Below are positions 39,980-48,737 of a stretch of 62,289 nucleotides of DNA, in pieces. Every line of letters begins with the position of its first letter. The first letter of the stretch is position 1. The position numbers were made by a program, and so were the translations under genes. The notes beneath the pieces are model-generated. The model did not search any database, was not told where the DNA came from, and saw only the letters and a list, made by a program, of their open reading frames with translations. The DNA comes from a virus (lineage: Duplodnaviria; Caudoviricetes), in IMG/VR virus record IMGVR_UViG_3300046009_002641, positions 1 to 62,289 of that record. One strand, 5' to 3'.

Positions 39980-40518
39980 ATATGGATTATTTCTTCGACC
40001 GCATCCGACGTGCTGTTTTTGGCGGTAAGCTTAACCAAAAGCAGGTTGACGGAATCAATCGCATCGTCGCTTATCGTGATGCAAACTGGCCAAAAATGTC
40101 TGATGCGGAATTGGCTTATCTTTTGGCCACGGTTACTCACGAAACTGCTTTTACGATGCAGCCGATCAAGGAGATGGGCTCTCCGGCTTATTTTAAAACA
40201 AAGCGCTATGCCCCTGACTGGATCGGGCGTGGATTGATTCAAATCACTTGGAAATATAATTACGTCAAATTCGGAATTGCAAACAATCCTGATTCGGCCC
40301 TTTCTTGGCCGGTGTCTTTGGATATTGCGTTCCGTGGCATGATCTTTGGTATGTTCACTGGCAAAAAGCTGGCTGATTATATCAAGCCGGGCAAGACGCC
40401 TGACTTTGTTGGCGCTCGCCGCATCATTAATGGGACAGATAGGGCAAAGCTGATTGCTGGCTATGCTCAGTCTTACCTTGACGCACTAACCCAAGCCAAA
40501 CAAGGACCGGGAAAATGA
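39976..40518 (+). CDS. Endolysin, glycoside hydrolase family 19-like
   Basis: AYLLAT..HET..MQPI.E, GRGLIQITW..NY, ARRIING.D; TAAGGA RBS before ATG 39976. Confidence 0.9.
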   Translation: MNMDYFFDRIRRAVFGGKLNQKQVDGINRIVAYRDANWPKMSDAELAYLLATVTHETAFTMQPIKEMGSPAYFKTKRYAPDWIGRGLIQITWKYNYVKFGIANNPDSALSWPVSLDIAFRGMIFGMFTGKKLADYIKPGKTPDFVGARRIINGTDRAKLIAGYAQSYLDALTQAKQGPGK

Positions 40519-40655
40519 AAGAAACTTTCGCATATCTGCTGATGGCAGCCATGTATTCTGTCATGTTATTGAGCGTAAGTATGTTGGCAGGTTGCGAAAG
40601 CGCCAAGTTCTATGAGTGTTTGGCTAGGGATCGAACATCAAACCCCTGCAATTAG
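40515..40655 (+). CDS. 46-aa lipoprotein (absent from ORF track)
   Basis: MKETFAYLLMAAMYSVMLLSVSMLAG|CESAKFYECLARDRTSNPCN; LAGC lipobox; ATGA-coupled to endolysin. Confidence 0.65.
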   Translation: MKETFAYLLMAAMYSVMLLSVSMLAGCESAKFYECLARDRTSNPCN

Positions 40656-40664
40656 GAGATTAAA

Positions 40665-40868
40665 ATGAACAAGCTTTTAGTGAACTGGAAAACGACGGTT
40701 TCTGGCCTCATCCCGTTAGCTGCGTATGCTCTCAACTACGCTGGCCTGTGGCCGTCTGTGATTCCGCTTCCGCCGTTTGATCAGGTTTGGCCTTTCGTTA
40801 TGGCGATTGTCGGCGTTGGTGGCGCTGCTAAAGATAGCAACGTCACGGGCGGATCGGTTCAGCAGTGA
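40665..40868 (+). CDS. Holin (putative)
   Basis: NWKTT.SG...two hydrophobic segments...AKDSNVTGG; AGGAG RBS. Confidence 0.7.
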   Translation: MNKLLVNWKTTVSGLIPLAAYALNYAGLWPSVIPLPPFDQVWPFVMAIVGVGGAAKDSNVTGGSVQQ

Positions 40869-41080
40869 GTATCCTCATCTCCGTCCTCATTGGCGTTCTG
40901 ATATTGGTTTATCTGCTTGTGCGGGTAGCCATGGCTGTATCTGAGGAAATGGGGAAGCTTGAGGAGCAGAAGGACCGTCTAAAAAAAGACAAGGAGCTAG
41001 CCGACAAACGCGCTGCGGAAATGCTCAAGGAGAAAACCCGTGGCGAGGTTGTTGACGATCTTCGTAATGGCAAGTTCTAG
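40865..41080 (+). CDS. Inner-membrane spanin (Rz-like)
   Basis: N-terminal TM followed by charged coiled coil. Confidence 0.65.
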   Translation: MSILISVLIGVLILVYLLVRVAMAVSEEMGKLEEQKDRLKKDKELADKRAAEMLKEKTRGEVVDDLRNGKF

Positions 41081-41261
41081 CTTGGCCGGTTGTTCTACGC
41101 AGCTTAACACGGGGAGCGGCTGCCCCCCGTTAGTTCAATATAGCGCCCAGACACAGCGCCGGGCCGCTGATGAGCTTGAACGGCTTCCTAAAGATTCCGC
41201 TGTTGCTCAGATGATAGTGGACTACAAAAAGACCCGTGACGCCTGCCGCATTACGATGTGA
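41040..41261 (+). CDS. Outer-membrane spanin lipoprotein (Rz1-like)
   Basis: LAGC lipobox, CPPL..Y, DY...RD..R; overlaps the preceding gene. Confidence 0.7.
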   Translation: MARLLTIFVMASSSLAGCSTQLNTGSGCPPLVQYSAQTQRRAADELERLPKDSAVAQMIVDYKKTRDACRITM

Positions 41262-41880
41262 GAGCGTTAACAGTAGAAACCACAGCATCCATGCGGGCAG
41301 TCTGAATCAAAGGCTTTCCGTAAGGGTCTTTAGGGTCTTGGGCCAACCATTGAACCGCTACAGGCCCAACCCCTTCAGCCATCCAATAACGCGCCCCAGC
41401 GCCCGGCTTGCCATCCCATGATTGGAGATAGGTAAACTGTATCACATTCTGATACATCTCCCCTGTTTGAACGCGGAACTTGCTAAGCAAGTTTTCCATA
41501 TGGACGATCTGGATACCCTTAGCCAAGGCTGGGGGCCAAGACTGAAACGGGTCCATTTTGGGGTAGGTCACTAAATCCTGCCCTATGTCGTAGTATTCGC
41601 CCCATGCAATCGGCGGCTTCATCACGACCTTTTTGCCCGGATAATCATCCCGCCATTCGTTGATTCCGCTACCGACGTTGTAGCGGTAATACCAAGTGTC
41701 TTTCCATGTCAGGTGAGCGTCATAGTCGATATAGAGCATCGAATCAGTGCCCTTGTCGTATGAAAAGACAGCGGTGATCGGAGGCATACTGTCATCGACT
41801 GCCGTATAATCAAACCGGCGAAGCTCTGCTGTTTTGAACAAAGGCCAATAGGCTGGCATGAATATCTTGGACATGGTCAT
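41251..41880 (-). CDS. Hypothetical protein (aromatic-rich beta protein)
   Basis: 209-aa ORF; ARYWMAEGVGPV motif; last gene of the leftward early unit. Confidence 0.7.
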   Translation of the reverse strand: MTMSKIFMPAYWPLFKTAELRRFDYTAVDDSMPPITAVFSYDKGTDSMLYIDYDAHLTWKDTWYYRYNVGSGINEWRDDYPGKKVVMKPPIAWGEYYDIGQDLVTYPKMDPFQSWPPALAKGIQIVHMENLLSKFRVQTGEMYQNVIQFTYLQSWDGKPGAGARYWMAEGVGPVAVQWLAQDPKDPYGKPLIQTARMDAVVSTVNALTS

Positions 41881-41931
41881 TTCCCCATAATTGTTGTCCT
41901 ATCAAATACCCTTTCAAAATGCGCCATTTCA

Positions 41932-42606
41932 TCATCTCCATTCTTTCTCTGTGTTATAATCTTCTTCCCGCTCAAGATCCTTTCGGCACGGCGGAATCCA
42001 GACAAATTTAGTGCGTGTGCCAATATTCCCATCGGCTTTTGATCCCCAAACAAGCCAGCAATAAGCCGTTGCTGTTGAGGCATTTTTGTCAACGCGCGCT
42101 TTGACCATGGGAACGCGCTCACTAAACTGTCCAATGATGTCCGGGGGGCTGACACCATAGAGTTGATTAAAGCGTCGAACTCCTTCCAAGAAGCTGGTTC
42201 GAACAAGAACTGCAACAGACTTTCTGGTTCTGCGGCTGTGGTTAATAAAATCATGCGCTCTTTTGAATGGTGGGTTTGTAATGACCCATTCAATATTAGC
42301 TGGCTCAAACTTTCCGGATGTATAATCGCAAGATCCGTGTTGTCCGTTCCAACCATAATCTGCGATGTCTGTTGACAGAACGGATTTGAAATATTCACTA
42401 AGTGGACGGGACATAAATCCTCTGCCACATGCTGGTTCCCATACACTAGAGCGCTGGATTCCATGGCCAAACTCACTTGGTTTAATGACATGCTCCATCA
42501 GAGCGCGCGTGGCCCATGGAGGGGTTGGGAAATCATCTAAGCTGTTTTGAGGCTCATGCCGTCTGGCGACGACCGCGTGAGACATGCCGGGCCCTAAATC
42601 AACCAT
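41932..42606 (-). CDS. DNA adenine methyltransferase (SAM-dependent, NPPF)
   Basis: DDFPTPPWATRAL, WEPACGRG (motif I), ITNPPF (motif IV). Confidence 0.85.
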   Translation of the reverse strand: MVDLGPGMSHAVVARRHEPQNSLDDFPTPPWATRALMEHVIKPSEFGHGIQRSSVWEPACGRGFMSRPLSEYFKSVLSTDIADYGWNGQHGSCDYTSGKFEPANIEWVITNPPFKRAHDFINHSRRTRKSVAVLVRTSFLEGVRRFNQLYGVSPPDIIGQFSERVPMVKARVDKNASTATAYCWLVWGSKADGNIGTRTKFVWIPPCRKDLEREEDYNTEKEWR

Positions 42607-42805
42607 TGCCGGCGACCTCCGGGCCATCAGGGATAACGACGTTTTCAACGTCCAGCTTTTCCCATTCGTCCGTTCCGCGCTGAACCTGAAGCTCCCAGCC
42701 GGCAAGCACATAACTGTCCATGCCGTTCTGATCCGGCTGAATCTTCCATTGCTGAAGAACGCGAATGTCCGTTAGTGCCGGAATTTTGGTTTTACGGGTT
42801 GCCAT
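42599..42805 (-). CDS. Hypothetical protein
   Basis: AGGAG RBS; overlaps neighbours. Confidence 0.6.
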   Translation of the reverse strand: MATRKTKIPALTDIRVLQQWKIQPDQNGMDSYVLAGWELQVQRGTDEWEKLDVENVVIPDGPEVAGNG

Positions 42806-43286
42806 AGAACTTGCTCCTGATTGATGCGATCAAAGATGAGATTGGATTATTGACTGCAAGCGGATGGCTTACAGGTTTGGTTTTGACAACCCGGTAGCCG
42901 TCGCAGGGCTTGATCCCCAGACTAACAAGGTCGGAATAATGCAGGGTGGTTCTTGCATTATAGGTAGTCTGGATATTGGGCTCCAGACGCTGACGGACTT
43001 TGTCAGGCAGGCTATTCATCATAACGGCTGTGATGTCGGGTCTACGGACGCCGGTATCCGCCTCATAAGCTTGATGGGCTTTGACCACGGCATTGGGGCC
43101 AACGCAGACGTTGGGAACCGACAGGGCCAGAACACAAGCTGACCGGCAGGAGCCAAGGATCTTAACCTTGCGGCCCTCTAGCCGATATTGCATGGCCATC
43201 TGCTGGTATTTAGTTACCAGACCGCCGCCATCCTCATAGATGGCTACCGGGGCATTGTTTGGTGGGGGTGTAGTAAAATCGCCCAT
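42792..43286 (-). CDS. ClpP/crotonase-fold protein (putative serine protease)
   Basis: D.GG.V..Y, ILGSCRSAC, downstream H (KAHQA); GAATGGAGG RBS. Confidence 0.65.
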   Translation of the reverse strand: MGDFTTPPPNNAPVAIYEDGGGLVTKYQQMAMQYRLEGRKVKILGSCRSACVLALSVPNVCVGPNAVVKAHQAYEADTGVRRPDITAVMMNSLPDKVRQRLEPNIQTTYNARTTLHYSDLVSLGIKPCDGYRVVKTKPVSHPLAVNNPISSLIASIRSKFYGNP

Positions 43287-43317
43287 GATGTCCTCCATTC
43301 CCCACCAATGTAATCTT

Positions 43318-43336
43318 ATCTGACAAAATGTCAAAT
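43318..43336. promoter_or_regulatory. 19-bp palindromic operator copy
   Basis: ATCTGACA-AAA-TGTCAAAT; overlaps a leftward TTGACA. Confidence 0.7.
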
Positions 43337-43689
43337 TACTTCTTAGGGCTAGCCCCGCTGGGTTGCGTGGCGGCGACGGTTGTGGCGATTTCGGCCTCCA
43401 GACCCTTTTCCAGAATGTCGTTGATCCGTGACATTGTGGGATTGTGGGGCTGGGTGGCTGACACTAAAGGGGCGTGGTCTCCTCCTTCAGAGTAGTCATT
43501 AACCGCCAAGGCAAGCGCCTTTTCAATGATCCGCTCACGGCGCACCTCATCATCCGTATAGGGCGCATCAGCGCGACCATGGGCCTCACGAGAAGCCTGA
43601 ACCGCATTGCGGGCGATCGACCGGCAACGGGTTTCAAGATCAACGCTAGACCCCGTCACAACGGACAAGCGCGCAACATCAAGACTCAT
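43336..43689 (-). CDS. Hypothetical protein
   Basis: AAAGGAG RBS. Confidence 0.65.
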   Translation of the reverse strand: MSLDVARLSVVTGSSVDLETRCRSIARNAVQASREAHGRADAPYTDDEVRRERIIEKALALAVNDYSEGGDHAPLVSATQPHNPTMSRINDILEKGLEAEIATTVAATQPSGASPKK

Positions 43690-43852
43690 TTTCGTTCTCC
43701 TTTTGCACTTGGATAATAGTGTTTACTTTTGGACCAGTGCGCTGCCCAAAAGGATTTCTACGGATTCTCTGTCTAAGAACGCTAAATACGCCGGACGCAG
43801 ACAAAGCCATGAATAGGCCGGTGAGACCCATCCCAATGTAGACCAAACTCAT
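43679..43852 (-). CDS. 57-aa N-terminal TM protein (absent from ORF track)
   Basis: MSLVYIGMGLTGLFMALSASGVFSVLRQR...; ATGA-coupled to the upstream gene. Confidence 0.55.
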   Translation of the reverse strand: MSLVYIGMGLTGLFMALSASGVFSVLRQRIRRNPFGQRTGPKVNTIIQVQKENENES

Positions 43853-44163
43853 TCGTAGGCTTCCAGCCCATAACCCAGATCATCGCTGGAGCTAAGGTAA
43901 GGATCGGCCTCATCAAACGGGCCGCCATAGACGCGGGGGGCATCTACAGAAAATTCATTCAACCCGCTGTAGGGGCTGAAACGGTTTCCATAGGGTCCAA
44001 AGCGGTTGCAGGGGCTGTCCGGGTAAAAGCAATTGTTCCACTTTGACCACGGGTTACGAACGCCGTCCGGGGCAAACTGGTTGCGAGATAAGCTTCCAAT
44101 GTAATCGTCGGCCATGGCGGTAGTAGACGCCAATAAGGTGACGGCCAGAATCAATTTACGCAT
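43849..44163 (-). CDS. Secreted protein with N..GPYG..FSPYS repeats
   Basis: Signal peptide MRKLILAVTLLASTTAMA; GAATGGAGG RBS. Confidence 0.7.
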   Translation of the reverse strand: MRKLILAVTLLASTTAMADDYIGSLSRNQFAPDGVRNPWSKWNNCFYPDSPCNRFGPYGNRFSPYSGLNEFSVDAPRVYGGPFDEADPYLSSSDDLGYGLEAYE

Positions 44164-44202
44164 GTCATCCTCCATTCTGCTAGTGTTTGCTAGCATACTC
44201 AT

Positions 44203-44221
44203 ATCTTACAGGATGTCAATT
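44203..44221. promoter_or_regulatory. 19-bp palindromic operator copy
   Basis: ATCTTACA-GGA-TGTCAATT; overlaps a leftward TTGACA. Confidence 0.7.
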
Positions 44222-44576
44222 ATTCAAATATCCCACGCCGGGGAGGCAAGGGAATTTTCTCTTTTTTTTCCCGTTTTGGGAAACCACGCGACTGAATCTT
44301 TTGCTTAGGGATTTTGGCCCCAAGGTGCTTGGCTTCCACCCGCTTGGCTTTTGCTATACGGGCGACATCATCTTTGGTTTTTTCCGCGTGACACGGAACG
44401 CAAAGCAACCGGCTATTTTCAAACGTAGGTTCACCCAAAAGACCATCGGGGCGGATATGGTCAATCTCAAACTTGACGCATAACGCCCCGCAGCTTTCGC
44501 AAAACACCTGACCGTTTACTGTCGCAGCTTTGATGCGCTGCACCATAACGGCTTTGGTAAAATTGCGCCTAGCCAT
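44220..44576 (-). CDS. HNH endonuclease
   Basis: CESCG...EIDH...ENSRLLCVPCHAEKT. Confidence 0.85.
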   Translation of the reverse strand: MARRNFTKAVMVQRIKAATVNGQVFCESCGALCVKFEIDHIRPDGLLGEPTFENSRLLCVPCHAEKTKDDVARIAKAKRVEAKHLGAKIPKQKIQSRGFPKREKKEKIPLPPRRGIFE

Positions 44577-44772
44577 TGTTCATTTCCAAAGTCTGGCAAA
44601 TCGCATGTTCGACCAGCCAAGACTGTGACCGGCCAGTTTTACGGGAAAGTTGGCGCAGACGCTTAAGCAGTGAGGCAGTGATCCGCACGTTGAGTTGAGC
44701 CTTTACAACTTGCGTTCTGCTCTCTCTGTTGCCTCGCGGCTTTGCTGTTCGCTGAACCTCATCTTTATCCAT
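44569..44772 (-). CDS. Ribbon-helix-helix DNA-binding protein (start uncertain)
   Basis: QLNVRIT..LLKRL..LS.KTGRSQS.LVE.AI. Confidence 0.7.
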   Translation of the reverse strand: MDKDEVQRTAKPRGNRESRTQVVKAQLNVRITASLLKRLRQLSRKTGRSQSWLVEHAICQTLEMNNG

Positions 44773-45014
44773 TCCATTTCCACTTTCTTGAGGTTAGCAG
44801 ATGTCCTAGCGTCCACCATGCTCTTTACAAATTTGTGCCAATCGTCAGAGGCTTTAACCTGCAACTCAGCACGGCTAACCGGCATATCGCCAAGAACGGC
44901 CATCATCTGGGACAGAACGGCTGACTTTGTTTCCTCCATCAGCCGCGCTGCATGATCCAGTTCGACCCATTCCTTAGCTACTAGCCTGTAGCGTTCGGAT
45001 ATGGGAGTAGACAT
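44703..45014 (-). CDS. Helical protein of the recombination module
   Basis: Coupled to SSB; all-helical. Confidence 0.7.
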   Translation of the reverse strand: MSTPISERYRLVAKEWVELDHAARLMEETKSAVLSQMMAVLGDMPVSRAELQVKASDDWHKFVKSMVDARTSANLKKVEMEWIKMRFSEQQSREATERAERKL

Positions 45015-45238
45015 TAAAAATCATCACCTGAGTTGGATTTAGACTTATTGTAAGGTTCTTGGAGCGTCAGGCTAATGGAAGCGACTTTCCCGTCATCGCC
45101 CATGTTTACCCAACCGGAAATCTGAATCTCCTCACCCTTCCATTTAGCAGAACCGCCAAAATTAGGGTGTTTATCAGACTTGCGCTCCAGATTTTTAAAA
45201 ATACGTCCTTTGCCTTCAGCGTGTTCATATTTAGCCAT
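45014..45238 (-). CDS. Small ssDNA-binding protein (DUF736-like)
   Basis: G.IFKN..KSDKHP.F.G...ISGW...acidic tail DDF. Confidence 0.7.
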   Translation of the reverse strand: MAKYEHAEGKGRIFKNLERKSDKHPNFGGSAKWKGEEIQISGWVNMGDDGKVASISLTLQEPYNKSKSNSGDDF

Positions 45239-45857
45239 TATCTTCTCCTGTAGCGACATCGTTAATATATTTCTCAACCGCCTTATATTCACGGACAATC
45301 ACAGCCTGATCAGACAGTGTAAGCTTATTTTTATTAGGCTTATTGGACACAGTCCATATGGTCAGATCATCGGATGATTTACATTTACGCAAATCTTCCA
45401 TCATAACCGCAAGCAATTTGGTAGATTCAACATCATCTTTGCCCGTAGATATAATGGTTGCTTTGTTGGCTGTGTTCCCATCATCATCTTCGCCAGCAAT
45501 ACCAACCGCCGCAAACAAAGCTCCGCGACGGGCGTAGGTAAGAGCGGCAAGTCCATCCTGCGGTTTATACGGGACCGCAATGACCGGGTAATGGCTAGCT
45601 AACCATTCTCCACTGGCATGGCCAAGGACGGTTTCCATCATCAACAAGGTATCGGTGAGATATGTGCGCTGAAACACGCATATACCGACAGCCGACAAAG
45701 CCTCACGAACGACGTTTAAACCTTCGTCCAGCGTCGTGTATGTGTTTTTAAAGTGTGAGTTTTTAGCGTTCTTGGTAGGATTTTGGATCGTCTTTTGGGC
45801 TTCGGCAAGAGCGCCAAAGACCGCACCAACTGTCTCACTCTGAAAGGGACTAGACAT
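45231..45857 (-). CDS. ERF-family ssDNA-annealing recombinase
   Basis: K.AKN.HFK..Y..L, H.SGEW, ALTYARRGAL...GIAGEDDDGN. Confidence 0.9.
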   Translation of the reverse strand: MSSPFQSETVGAVFGALAEAQKTIQNPTKNAKNSHFKNTYTTLDEGLNVVREALSAVGICVFQRTYLTDTLLMMETVLGHASGEWLASHYPVIAVPYKPQDGLAALTYARRGALFAAVGIAGEDDDGNTANKATIISTGKDDVESTKLLAVMMEDLRKCKSSDDLTIWTVSNKPNKNKLTLSDQAVIVREYKAVEKYINDVATGEDNG

Positions 45858-46500
45858 TCTGCTTCTCCTTTATCTTAGCTTTAATTTGATGAACGTCGTC
45901 ATTCAGTTCTTTGATAAACGTCTGAATCATCTCCCTCATGGTTGATATGAACATTTCATCCCGCTCTACGCGCTGGACGTAAAGCTGTGCGCCTTCAGGC
46001 ATACGGGGGTCATAACAGACAAAATCACACCATTTACGGCCAGTGCAGTCAAGTTGCATCTGGATCTGTGTTTGCCACTTTTGAGGAATAATATCGCTCA
46101 AAAGAATCTCAAGGTATGTTGCGGTATTGGGGCACTTAATTTCAATAATCCCGTCATCTCCAACAAGACCGTCAGGAGAGCAACCAGCGCCCAGAATGTC
46201 AGGATGGTCAACAAAGCCGACTTCAGTGACTGTATCGAAGATCGTTGCCGCATATGCTGCACGGGCGTTAGGCTCCTGTTCCGTTCCCCATTTCATTGCC
46301 TCTGAAACAAACCCAACAGCAGTTGTCCCGGTGAGGATTTCAAGCACCAGTTCAGCCTTGTAATTTGTCCGGCTAGCGGCAAAACCTGATTTAGTCCTAG
46401 CCATCAAATCCGCAACGCGGGAGGCAGTAACTTTGCCCCTCCGCGCCGCAAACCATTCTGGCGTTCCCTGAACAATGACGTTCGGGTTATTCATGTTCAT
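45850..46500 (-). CDS. YqaJ/lambda-type exonuclease
   Basis: QGTPEWF..R.G..TAS, M.WG..QEP.AR, CSPDGL, EIKCP, Q.Q.Q. Confidence 0.9.
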   Translation of the reverse strand: MNMNNPNVIVQGTPEWFAARRGKVTASRVADLMARTKSGFAASRTNYKAELVLEILTGTTAVGFVSEAMKWGTEQEPNARAAYAATIFDTVTEVGFVDHPDILGAGCSPDGLVGDDGIIEIKCPNTATYLEILLSDIIPQKWQTQIQMQLDCTGRKWCDFVCYDPRMPEGAQLYVQRVERDEMFISTMREMIQTFIKELNDDVHQIKAKIKEKQNV

Positions 46501-46729
46501 TTTCCTTATTGATTTCAGATTCGACGGTTTTCCAAGCTTCGTTAAACGCAAGCACGGCTATAGACAGATGCTTGGCGTATTTAGGATCGACAAATATACC
46601 CACCTTATCGGTAGCCAAAGTGTCGGTATTGTTATCGCCAATTTCCAAAGCCAGATGCTTGCCGTTTTTATACACGAAAGCTTTAAGCGGGCCATTTGCA
46701 AAATATGACACGTTTCTAGACGTCCTCAT
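46487..46729 (-). CDS. Hypothetical early protein
   Basis: GAATGGAG RBS. Confidence 0.6.
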   Translation of the reverse strand: MRTSRNVSYFANGPLKAFVYKNGKHLALEIGDNNTDTLATDKVGIFVDPKYAKHLSIAVLAFNEAWKTVESEINKENEHE

Positions 46730-46742
46730 GTTAGTTCTCCAT

Positions 46743-46949
46743 TCAAGCTGCAAGACGGATGATATCCCGGCTCACTTTAGTTTTTTGTAACCGGATTGCC
46801 TCCCGACCTCTGGCTGCTTCCCAAGCGCGTGAAATGCACTTGCCCCAAGTCCAGCCAAGGCCAAGCCTCTGAGATTGCCGCCACTGACGATGAGCATCGC
46901 GCATGACGGCTTTCCTGTCATATTTGGGTTTAGTCGTAATCTTCTTCAT
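46743..46949 (-). CDS. Hypothetical early protein
   Basis: GGATAGGGA RBS; YDRKAVMRDAH...C...AW..A motif. Confidence 0.65.
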   Translation of the reverse strand: MKKITTKPKYDRKAVMRDAHRQWRQSQRLGLGWTWGKCISRAWEAARGREAIRLQKTKVSRDIIRLAA

Positions 46950-47244
46950 AGTCCCTATCCTGAGCTTTGTAGTTTACGGAATCGTTAACAGCATCGTAAA
47001 TTTTTACGTTGTCTGCCAACGACTGGAACAGTTTTCCGGTAACAACAAAATCCGGCCCTAAGTCACCTTCACGATCTTCATGCAGGGTAATGGCCTCTAT
47101 GTCCCATTCAGGCCCCCAACCGGGATCGCCACCGTAATTGTAGTCAATCAGAGCGGGAGCGCCCCAATCGGATACGGTGTATTCAATCATGGCCACAAAA
47201 TCGCGGCCCATGAAATTAAGGTAGGTTTCGGTTTCGTATGTCAT
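46930..47244 (-). CDS. Acidic hypothetical early protein
   Basis: GGAATGGAG RBS; first gene after the divergent promoter. Confidence 0.65.
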   Translation of the reverse strand: MTYETETYLNFMGRDFVAMIEYTVSDWGAPALIDYNYGGDPGWGPEWDIEAITLHEDREGDLGPDFVVTGKLFQSLADNVKIYDAVNDSVNYKAQDRDYEEDYD

Positions 47245-47269
47245 AGCGGATCTCCATTCCGACAATACC

Positions 47270-47336
47270 AATACGCTAGCATTTTATAGCATGTCAAGGG
47301 TGGAGTTGACAAATTGTAAGATTGTTCTGTAGGAAT
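47270..47336. promoter_or_regulatory. Divergent early promoters with operator (47304-47322)
   Basis: Back-to-back TTGACA on both strands; AGTTGACA-AAT-TGTAAGAT. Confidence 0.7.
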
Positions 47337-47342
47337 GTGTGT

Positions 47343-47531
47343 ATGACTAAAAAAGCCTTACCCAACCCCAAAACTACCCCCGCAATTGAACAGGTCGCCA
47401 AAGACCTTGGCGCAACTATAGGGGCGATATACCAATGGCGCAGACGCGGTGTTTCCGCTGCGTGGCGTATTAAGATTGTTCAGGCGTCCAACAATAAGAT
47501 AAAATTGACGGATTTCCCGGAGGCCATATGA
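47343..47531 (+). CDS. Cro-like HTH regulator
   Basis: VAKDLGATIGAIYQWRRRGVS...I. Confidence 0.75.
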   Translation: MTKKALPNPKTTPAIEQVAKDLGATIGAIYQWRRRGVSAAWRIKIVQASNNKIKLTDFPEAI

Positions 47532-47761
47532 CCGACGACCTCACAGACCATGCGTCGAACTATAGCAGCCTTTCCTATTCAAAGGCTGACTGGCGCACCA
47601 AAATGCTCCGGTGTTTGCCAGAAGATATACCAATGTATCAGGTCAAAAGGTTCGAATGCTACAAGGAAGCTGGTATTCCTGAACAGGTTTATACCGATCT
47701 GGATGCTCAGGTTCTTCACCTTGCGCTTCGCGCCCGCTTTCCGGGGTTTAATCAGTGGTAA
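47528..47761 (+). CDS. Hypothetical protein
   Basis: GGAGG RBS; coupled to neighbours. Confidence 0.6.
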   Translation: MTDDLTDHASNYSSLSYSKADWRTKMLRCLPEDIPMYQVKRFECYKEAGIPEQVYTDLDAQVLHLALRARFPGFNQW

Positions 47762-48153
47762 TCAAGCGCAGGCAGATAGAATCCGGTATTCAGCGCGGGA
47801 TCGTGCAATACATCCGTTCAGTCCTTCCAAGGGCTGTATTGATGGCGATTCCCAACGGTTCGCAGCGCACTGCATCTGGTCGCCCTGCCAACGCTGTGCC
47901 GGGTTTCCTGCCGGGCGCTCCTGATTTGATTCTTGCTTTGCCTAACCGTGAAGTGATTTGGATAGAGGTTAAGTCACCTATTGGCCGGTTGAGCGACAAC
48001 CAAAAACACGTTCACGCCATGCTTGATACGATAGGCCACAAGATTATTCTGGCGCGTTCGATTGACGATATTCGTGAAGCTTTTGCGTATTACGGCATAA
48101 AAACTAAGGATACATGGAATGGAGAACCTAGAGATGGCGAAGGAAGCAATTAA
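47755..48153 (+). CDS. VRR-NUC nuclease
   Basis: E..IQ, IPNG, G.PDL, IEVK...GRLS..Q. Confidence 0.85.
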   Translation: MVIKRRQIESGIQRGIVQYIRSVLPRAVLMAIPNGSQRTASGRPANAVPGFLPGAPDLILALPNREVIWIEVKSPIGRLSDNQKHVHAMLDTIGHKIILARSIDDIREAFAYYGIKTKDTWNGEPRDGEGSN

Positions 48154-48727
48154 GTGGCAACATGAGTGGGTTGAGCACGCGAAAAAGATATTGGCTGCTG
48201 GCGGATCTATGGGCGAGGCAGCTAATGGCGTAAACCACAAATTTGGTGTTCGCGTAACCCGAAACTCCATGATTGGGAAAATCCATCGTTTAAAGGCTGA
48301 TGGCGATTTTAATTTGCCCGAACCTGAGCAATGGAAAAATAAATCCATGGAGACCTTTGTTAGCTATTGGCATAGCGGAATCTCCAGCACTGACATTGGG
48401 CATTACTTTGGGGTTGAGAGCAGCACAATCCGCGACAAAGCGTATAAATATGGATTGACCCCTAGAGGGACTGAAACTGGTTGGCGGGCGCTTAAAAAGC
48501 CTGTTCCTAAAACGGTGAAAGTCGCATCTGACGGTATTAGTAAGCGCACGACGTTTCCTAATCCTAAAGCCAAAGCTGTGCTGTTTGAAAATTTAACTAG
48601 CCGGATGTGCCGCTTCGTTATAGGGGATAAGCCTTTCTACTTTTGCGGCGCTGATGTCGAACTTGGTTCGCCTGTCCCTTACTGCACACATTGCAGGAAG
48701 GTGATGTATACGCCCTCTAATCGCTAG
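48119..48727 (+). CDS. gcrA: GcrA-like cell-cycle regulator (start may be 48134)
   Basis: TRNSMIGKIHRL HTH; C-terminal L....CRF.IGD...FCG.....YC..C; extra internal HTH. Confidence 0.8.
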   Translation: MENLEMAKEAIKWQHEWVEHAKKILAAGGSMGEAANGVNHKFGVRVTRNSMIGKIHRLKADGDFNLPEPEQWKNKSMETFVSYWHSGISSTDIGHYFGVESSTIRDKAYKYGLTPRGTETGWRALKKPVPKTVKVASDGISKRTTFPNPKAKAVLFENLTSRMCRFVIGDKPFYFCGADVELGSPVPYCTHCRKVMYTPSNR

Positions 48728-48737
48728 GGAGGAAAAA

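Noticed and set aside
126-40242. Many minus-strand and alternative-frame ORFs in the late arm (e.g. 7830..8696, 10381..11187, 11707..12543, 32954..34090)
   Set aside because: They lie fully antisense to, or within, well-supported genes, with no recognisable motifs; shadow ORFs from GC-rich codon bias.
41877-42491. 204-aa minus ORF overlapping the methyltransferase
   Set aside because: Alternative frame of the MTase; only the last 16 codons (41877-41927) have an RBS and could be a micro-ORF.
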